A stretch of DNA of 64,000 bases from an uncultured Deinococcaceae bacterium (GTDB lineage: Bacteria; Deinococcota; Deinococci; Deinococcales; Deinococcaceae): positions 96,001-160,000 of the forward strand of contig CAXULY010000007.1 in assembly GCA_964252075.1 (NCBI GenBank), in the 5' to 3' direction. A program made the translations under genes and the position numbers. Positions 57,251 through 64,000 of the stretch are shown here, piece after piece (position 1 is the stretch's first letter; the number at the start of each line of letters is the position of its first letter). A model generated the notes under the pieces. It searched no databases. It worked only from the letters and a program-made list of their open reading frames with translations, and was not told the DNA's origin.

Positions 57251-58324
57251 TTACGCGGGCACGGCGTCCGGAGCGTCCAGCAGGTGCGCGCTGCGGGGCG
57301 GCAGGACGCGCACGCGGTCCCCCGCCACGTGGCGTTCCGCCTCGTCGCCGGGCAGGTCCGCGGCGAGCACGGTCTCCCCCAGCCGCAGGCGCAGGCGGGT
57401 GATGGAGCCCAGGAAGCGCTTGTCCAGCACCTCGGCGTCCAGGGCGTCCGGGCCGTCGCCGAGGCGCAGGTCCTCGGGGCGCAGGTACAGGCGCAGGCGG
57501 CTGCCCGGCGCCCGCCCGCGCGCGGCGGGCAGCTCGAAGGGGGCGCCTGCGGGCCAGCCCTCCACCTGCACGAGCCCGCGCGTGGCGTCCGTGACGGTGG
57601 CGGTGAGGGCGCTCGCGGTGCCCACGAACTCCGCGACGAAGGGCGTGGCGGGGCGGCGGTAGATGTCCTCCGGGCGGCCTGCCTGCACCACGCGGCCCTT
57701 TTCCATCACGACCACGCGGTCCGAGATGGCGAGCGCTTCCTCCTGGTCGTGCGTGACGAACACCGTCGTGGTGCCCGTCTCGCGCTGCACGCGGCGGATC
57801 TCGTCGCGCAGCGCCACGCGCACGCGGGCGTCCAGCGCGCTGAGGGGCTCGTCGAGGAGCAGCACGCGCGGCTGGATGGCGAGCGCGCGCGCGAGCGCCA
57901 CGCGCTGCTGCTGCCCGCCGGAGAGCTGGTGCGGGTAGCGCCCGCGCACCTCCTGAAGCCCGATCAGCTCGAAGAGTTCATCGAGGCGCTGCTTGCGCGC
58001 GGCGGGCGCCGCGCCGCGCACGCGCAGCCCGAAGGCCACGTTGTCCTCCGCCGTGAGGTTCGGGAAGAGGCTGTACGCCTGGAACACCATCCCGAAGGCA
58101 CGGCGCGCGGCGGGCAGCTGCGTCACGTCCCGCCCGTCCACGATCACGCGCCCCGCGCTGGGCGGCGTGAAGCCCGCGATGATGCGCAGCAGCGTGGTCT
58201 TCCCGCAGCCCGAAGGCCCGAGCAGCGTGACGAGCTCCCCGCGCTCCAGGGTGAGGTTCAGGGGGTGCAGCGCGGTGCTCGCGCCATAGGTCTTGGTGAC
58301 GCCCTGCGCGTCCAGGTAACCCAT
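57251..58324 (-). CDS. ABC transporter ATP-binding protein (PotA/FbpC-like, TOBE)
   Basis: GPSGCGKTT, LSGGQQQR, LLLDEPLSALD, VTHDQEEA. Confidence 0.93.
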   Translation of the reverse strand: MGYLDAQGVTKTYGASTALHPLNLTLERGELVTLLGPSGCGKTTLLRIIAGFTPPSAGRVIVDGRDVTQLPAARRAFGMVFQAYSLFPNLTAEDNVAFGLRVRGAAPAARKQRLDELFELIGLQEVRGRYPHQLSGGQQQRVALARALAIQPRVLLLDEPLSALDARVRVALRDEIRRVQRETGTTTVFVTHDQEEALAISDRVVVMEKGRVVQAGRPEDIYRRPATPFVAEFVGTASALTATVTDATRGLVQVEGWPAGAPFELPAARGRAPGSRLRLYLRPEDLRLGDGPDALDAEVLDKRFLGSITRLRLRLGETVLAADLPGDEAERHVAGDRVRVLPPRSAHLLDAPDAVPA

Positions 58325-58326
58325 AC

Positions 58327-59106
58327 TCAGTGACCTCCTGCGAGTTCGGTGCGGCCCCGGCCCACGCGCAGCAACGCCAGCATGGCGAGCCACGTGAGGG
58401 CAAGCGAGAGCAGCGAGAGGGCGGCGGCGGGCGTGCCCTGCGTCTGCCCGATGTAGTTGATGTACACCGCAAAGGTGTTAAACAGCAGCACATTTGCGAA
58501 GGTGAATTCCCCCATCACGATGGCGAGCGTGAGGAGCGCCGCACCCAGCACCGCGCCGCGCAGGTTCGGCAGCACCACGCTCCACAGCAGGGTGCCCCAG
58601 CCCGCCCCGAGGCTCTGCGCGGCCTCGCTGAGCGTGTGCAGGTCCAGCGCGCGCAGGCCGGTGTCCACCGTGCGGTAGCTGTACGGGAGGGCCAGCACCA
58701 CGTAGCCCGCCACCAGGAACTGCGGCGTGCCCACGAAGAAGGCCGGGCCCTTGAAGAGCGCGGTGAGGCCCCCAACCAGCACGATGGGCGGCACCACGAA
58801 GGCCAGCACCGAGAGCAGGTTCAGCAGGCCGCGCAGCCCCGGCGCGCGCAGGTTCACCCAGAAGGCGGCGGGCACCACCAGCAGCAGCACGATCACGATG
58901 GTCTCGACCGCCAGGCCAAAGGACAGCCCGAAGGTCTGCCGGAACTGCGGGTCCGCGAGGACCTTCCCGTACGCGCTGAAGTCGTAGCGGCTGCCGCCCG
59001 CCCACAGGCTGTACACGGCGAGCGCGACGAGCGGCGCGAGGAAGTACACGAAGGCCAGCGCGATCCACGCGCCGCGCCCCACCTGCGCTGCCGGGGCGGC
59101 CCTCAC
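58327..59106 (-). CDS. ABC transporter permease
   Basis: EAAQSLGA EAA loop; multiple TM helices. Confidence 0.9.
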   Translation of the reverse strand: MRAAPAAQVGRGAWIALAFVYFLAPLVALAVYSLWAGGSRYDFSAYGKVLADPQFRQTFGLSFGLAVETIVIVLLLVVPAAFWVNLRAPGLRGLLNLLSVLAFVVPPIVLVGGLTALFKGPAFFVGTPQFLVAGYVVLALPYSYRTVDTGLRALDLHTLSEAAQSLGAGWGTLLWSVVLPNLRGAVLGAALLTLAIVMGEFTFANVLLFNTFAVYINYIGQTQGTPAAALSLLSLALTWLAMLALLRVGRGRTELAGGH

Positions 59107-60008
59107 TTGCGCCACCGGGTGCCGAGGCGCTCCACGACCGTGTAGAGGCCCATCGTGACGACCATGACGGCGATCACGAGCAGCGCGAGCGCCTGCCCGA
59201 GGTGCGGGTCGCTGATGACGTTGCCGGACAGCACCGCGCCGATCTGCAGGGGCAGCAACGGCAGCACGCCGGACGTGAGGGCGTACGGGGTGGCGTATGC
59301 GGCGAAGGCGTTGCCGAACAGCAGGACCGTGCTGGCGAGCAGCGACGGCGCGAGGATGGGCAGGCCCACCATGCGCCAGAACTGCCCGGCGCTCGCGCCG
59401 AGGTTCTCGGCGGCCTCGCGCCACTCGCGGCGCAGGCCATCCAGCGCGGGCGCGATCAGGATGACCATCAGCGGAATCTGGAAGTAGAGGTACACCACAA
59501 CCAGCCCGGAGAAGGAGAACAGGCTGAAGCCGCTGGCGTACAGGTTCAGGCCGAGGCTGGAGAGCAGGCGCGTCACCATGCCGGTCGTGCCGAGCGTGGC
59601 GACAAAGGCGAGCGCGAGCGGCACGCCCGCGAAGTTCGCGGCGACGCCGGAGAAGGCGATGAGGGGCGCGCGCAGCCACGCCGGACCGCCCTCCCCAATC
59701 ACCGCGTACGCCAGCAGCGCGCCGATCAGTGCCCCGAGCAGCGCAGACACGCCGCTGAGCAGCACGCTGTTCTTGAGCGCGGCGAGGTACTGTGGCTGCG
59801 CGAGTTCACGCAGGTGCGAGAGCGTCCAGCCGCCCGCGTCGGTGCGGACCGCGCCGATCAGCACGGCCAGGGCGGGCAGCAGCAGGAACGCCAGGATGAT
59901 CAGCAGCAGCGGGCCCACGAACAGCGCGCCCGTAAGGCGCTCCCCGAGGGGCGCGCGTGGGCGGGCTGGAACCGCCACGCTGGGGGTGGATTCGATGGGT
60001 GCGCTCAC
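59103..60008 (-). CDS. ABC transporter permease
   Basis: EAAENLGA EAA loop; multiple TM helices. Confidence 0.9.
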   Translation of the reverse strand: MSAPIESTPSVAVPARPRAPLGERLTGALFVGPLLLIILAFLLLPALAVLIGAVRTDAGGWTLSHLRELAQPQYLAALKNSVLLSGVSALLGALIGALLAYAVIGEGGPAWLRAPLIAFSGVAANFAGVPLALAFVATLGTTGMVTRLLSSLGLNLYASGFSLFSFSGLVVVYLYFQIPLMVILIAPALDGLRREWREAAENLGASAGQFWRMVGLPILAPSLLASTVLLFGNAFAAYATPYALTSGVLPLLPLQIGAVLSGNVISDPHLGQALALLVIAVMVVTMGLYTVVERLGTRWRK

Positions 60009-60079
60009 GTCACCCTCCTTTCGAAACGCCCCGCCCGCCGGGCGGCGGGCGGGGCAGGGTGAAGCTCAGTGCCAGCGGC

Positions 60080-61174
60080 TTACTGACCGAGTTTCGCGGC
60101 CCACTGGGCCTTCAGCACGTCCTGCGCCTTCTTGACCTGCGCGGGCGTCGCGAACTTCACGTTCTGATACACGCTGGCGTCCGGGAGTTGCGCGAGCAGG
60201 CTCTGCGGAATCACGCCGCGCTTCACCATGTCGTTGAAGCGGATGGGGTGCGCGTAACCTTTCAGGAACATCAGCTGCCCAGCGTCACTCGTGATGTATT
60301 CCTGCCAGAGCTTTGCGGCGGCGGCGTTGGGGCCACTGGTGTTGATGGCGCTGGCGTAGTGGCTGCCGTACACGCCGTCGCTGGGCACCACGGTCGTCCA
60401 CTCCACCTTGCCCGCGAACTGCTTGCTGTACCCGAGGTTCAGGTAGTCCCAGTCCACGGTGATGGGCGTCTGGCCGGTCTGCACGGTGGCGGGCGTGGCG
60501 TCCACGGGGATGTAGTTGCCGAGCTTCTTGAGCTTCGCGAAGTAATCGATGCCCGGCTGGATGTTGTCGAGCGACCCGCCGTTCGCGAGCGCCGCCGCCC
60601 ACACCGCGCTGAAGGCCGCCTGCGCGCTGAGGGGGCTGCCGTTCAGGGCGATCTGGCCCTTGTACTCGGGCTTCGCGAGGTCCGCCCAGGTCTTCGGGGC
60701 GTTCTTCACCACGCTCTTGTTCACCCCAAACGAGATCACGCCGAAGTAGTTGCCCACCCAGTACCCGTTGGGGTCCTTGGCGCTCGCGGGGATGCTCCCC
60801 CAGGTGCTGGGCTTGTACGCCGTGAAGAGCTTCTCGCCCGCGCCCTGGATGGCGAAGGCGGGGCCCACGTCCAGCACGTCCGGCGCGCGGCCCTGGCCCT
60901 TCAGGGAGCGCACGGCCTGCAGTTCCTCGGCGCTCGACGCGTTCGGGCTGGCGTTGGTGATCTTCAGGCCGTAGGTCTTCTGGAAGCTGTCCATGATCTC
61001 GCCGTAGTTCGCCCAGTCGGGCGGCAGCGCGATGGTGTTCAGGCCGGTGTCCTTCTTCGCGGCGCTCACGACGCTGGCGGGAATCGCGGGCGCGGAGCCC
61101 TGGGCGAGCGCGCACGCGGCGCCCGCGAGCAACAGCGCGCTGAGGCGGAACAGTCGAGGTGCAGTCTGGTTCAT
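60080..61174 (-). CDS. ABC transporter substrate-binding protein (polyamine/iron-type)
   Basis: Signal peptide, IALPPDWANYG, PKTWADL.KPEYKG, DWDY. Confidence 0.9.
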   Translation of the reverse strand: MNQTAPRLFRLSALLLAGAACALAQGSAPAIPASVVSAAKKDTGLNTIALPPDWANYGEIMDSFQKTYGLKITNASPNASSAEELQAVRSLKGQGRAPDVLDVGPAFAIQGAGEKLFTAYKPSTWGSIPASAKDPNGYWVGNYFGVISFGVNKSVVKNAPKTWADLAKPEYKGQIALNGSPLSAQAAFSAVWAAALANGGSLDNIQPGIDYFAKLKKLGNYIPVDATPATVQTGQTPITVDWDYLNLGYSKQFAGKVEWTTVVPSDGVYGSHYASAINTSGPNAAAAKLWQEYITSDAGQLMFLKGYAHPIRFNDMVKRGVIPQSLLAQLPDASVYQNVKFATPAQVKKAQDVLKAQWAAKLGQ

Positions 61175-61328
61175 GGTCATCTCCTCAAGACTTGCTGAAA
61201 CAAAAACCAGTGTTGGGGCGTTTCGTGATGGCCGTGTCATCCCGCCGCCATGCGCGGATGAGACCGCAGCGCCACGCCCAGCGCCTTCCCTCGGATGCGC
61301 GTGATGAGGAATGTTAGACTTGCGCTCG

Positions 61329-61985
<657 letters not shown>

Positions 61986-61998
61986 GGGGAGGCGCTCG

Positions 61999-62718
61999 AT
62001 GAGCGTGCGCCTGCGGGTGGACCTGCTGCCGCACGGCGTGTATCCGGACACCGTGATCGTCATTGACGTGTTGCGCGCCACCACCACCGCCGTGACCTAC
62101 CTGGAGCGCGGCGCGGACGCCCTGCTGCTCACCCGCGACCCGGAGCGCGCGCTGGCCCTGAGGGGCGAGAACACCCTGCTGGGCGGCGAGCGCGGCGGGC
62201 TGGCCATGCCGGGCTTCGACTTCGGGAACAGCCCGGTGGAGGCGGCGACCCACAACTTCACGGGCAAGACGGTCGTCATGAACACCACCAACGGCACGGG
62301 CGCGGCGTTCCTGGCGGGGCAGAGCGGCAAACACGTGCTGCTCGCCGCGCTCGTGAACGCGCACGCCGCCGCGCGCCGCGCCCGCGCCCTCGCGGTCGAA
62401 GAGATTGCGCTCGTGTGCTCCGGCAACGACGGGCGGGTGGGCCTGGACGACGTGTACGCGGCGGGCGTGCTGGCCGAGTACCTGCTCAGCATGGGCGAGT
62501 ACGTGGTGGACGACGGCGCCCGCCTCGCGCTCACCCTGCGCCGCAACACCAGCGACCCCATCGAGGCGCTGTCCAGCAGCAGCCACGGCATCACCCTGGA
62601 GCGCCTGGGCCTGGGCGAGGATGTGCGCTACTGTGCACGCATCTCGCAGAGCACACTGGTGCCTGTCATGACCAGCGCACAAGACGTGGAAGGCGCCTTG
62701 CGCTTCGTGGCGGGCTGA
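61999..62718 (+). CDS. comB: 2-phosphosulfolactate phosphatase family protein
   Basis: [16 protein letters not shown]...[13 protein letters not shown]. Confidence 0.9.
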   Translation: MSVRLRVDLLPHGVYPDTVIVIDVLRATTTAVTYLERGADALLLTRDPERALALRGENTLLGGERGGLAMPGFDFGNSPVEAATHNFTGKTVVMNTTNGTGAAFLAGQSGKHVLLAALVNAHAAARRARALAVEEIALVCSGNDGRVGLDDVYAAGVLAEYLLSMGEYVVDDGARLALTLRRNTSDPIEALSSSSHGITLERLGLGEDVRYCARISQSTLVPVMTSAQDVEGALRFVAG

Positions 62719-63467
62719 AGCGAAACTCGCGTTCAGGAACGCTGTGATGCTGCACACGAGTGCCCCGCTGAGGGGGAGGTCGCTGTGCGCACAGGTGGCG
62801 GCGTTACTTGCTGGACCCCTGGACCTGTCCACCAACACGTGGCGCATACCGGCACAATCAGCAGTTGCGCGGTGGAGCACATGGCTTTGATGGTCTGCGC
62901 GTCCCGTTCTCGCTGCACGATCAGAATAGACCGCCAGAGGGATTGGACGAGGTGCGTGGGGCGCCCTCAGCCCCGCGCCCGTCTCGCCGCGCAGCACGGC
63001 GTCCAGAATCCGGCCGCTGTACCGATAATGCGCCCCGAGGTCCCGCCACGCCCAAAGCCACGCGCGCGCAACGCCGTTATTTTAAGGGCGCTGCCGGGAA
63101 CATACGGAGTGGTGTGCTTCCACGCCGTTTTTAACCGAGCACAAGGGCGCGATGTCAGCGTCTCTATGCTGTCCCCGAGCTTGCGGCACGAGCCCATGGC
63201 GATGTCCAGCGCGACTGCCGTTCCGGTCAATCTCGCTGCTGCCCAAGACGATTATCACAGCTGCGTATTTCACGGCCCAGGAGCGTGGCAGGGTGTCGCG
63301 CAGGCCCGTATCACCGCCAAAAATGTCACCTCCTGCAGGGCACGTGGAATACATTTCATGCTGTTTCCGCGACGAGCATGTGACCAGCAACGTGCGGGGA
63401 GCCCTTATTTACCGTGCGGCGTACCAACTGCATTTTTCACTCAGTGTTCACGATATGATCAGCTTCT

Positions 63468-64000
63468 ATGCCTTTCCCCGTTGTGCTGCTGCACGGTGCG
63501 CTGGGCAGCGAAGCCGATCTGGCGCCGCTGCAGCAGGCACTGGGCACCCTCGTACCCGTGATCGCCCTGAACCTGAGCGGGCACGGCGGTCGTCCGCTGC
63601 CCACCCGTCTGTCCATGGTGGAGTGGGCGGCGGACGTGCTTACGCAGCTGGACACGCTGGGTGTGCGGCGCGCAGCGTTTGCCGGGTACAGTCTCGGCGG
63701 GTACCTCGCGCTGTACCTCGCCCGCCACCACCCGGAGCGGGTGGTGGGCGTCATGACGCTTGCCACGAAAGTGGTGTTCGATGAGCGCACGGGCCGCACA
63801 CTCGCACATCTTGCGGATCCGCTGCGTGTCGCCAGCAGGGCGCCAGAGCTGAGCACCCACTTCGCGCAGGTGCACGCGCCACAGGACTGGACGTGCGTGG
63901 CGCAGGCGAACAGGCAGCTGTTCCTTGATCTGGCCGAGTCGCCTGCCCTTACGGATGACGACCTACGCGCCATCCGGTGTCCGGCGCTGGTGGTGTCGGG
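63468..64000 (+). CDS. Alpha/beta hydrolase (partial, runs off window)
   Basis: MPFPVVLLHGALG, LNLSGHGG, AGYSLGG nucleophile elbow; TATGAT -10 box upstream. Confidence 0.85.
   Translation, partial: MPFPVVLLHGALGSEADLAPLQQALGTLVPVIALNLSGHGGRPLPTRLSMVEWAADVLTQLDTLGVRRAAFAGYSLGGYLALYLARHHPERVVGVMTLATKVVFDERTGRTLAHLADPLRVASRAPELSTHFAQVHAPQDWTCVAQANRQLFLDLAESPALTDDDLRAIRCPALVVS

Noticed and set aside
62785..63561. 258-aa plus-strand ORF
   Set aside because: Atypical composition, no motifs, and it overlaps the clear alpha/beta hydrolase in another frame.

Overview
This is a very GC-rich chromosomal segment whose gene content and leaderless-promoter style point to Deinococcus/Deinococcaceae (inferred). 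Core genes include tRNA-Ala(TGC), mqnC, topA, icd, divIVA, yggS, an Omp85/BamA-family gene, rnhB, rpoD, mfd, rpe and comB, plus two ABC transporter operons and an OmpR/BaeS-type two-component system. The main accessory block (~22.4-32.5 kb) is a copper/redox cluster. It holds two tandem-cupredoxin proteins, a two-domain multicopper oxidase fused to a cupredoxin, cupins, a YcnI-like protein and a ferric-reductase-like membrane protein, all around a STAND-ATPase/TPR/LuxR regulator. Three promoters in that cluster share a pair of CCTCGT-N8-ACGAGG-like palindromes, with the proximal site always 31.5 bp from the -10 box. Other notable items are a structured intergenic RNA candidate (pseudoknot plus tRNA-like T-arm) at ~3.2 kb, a sigma70-region-4-like tail on TopA, a low-GC orphan islet at 13.8-15.0 kb, a secreted tachylectin-like beta-propeller, unannotated small ORFs and an 18-bp bidirectional leaderless promoter. 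No CRISPR array, rRNA, integrase or transposase was seen.
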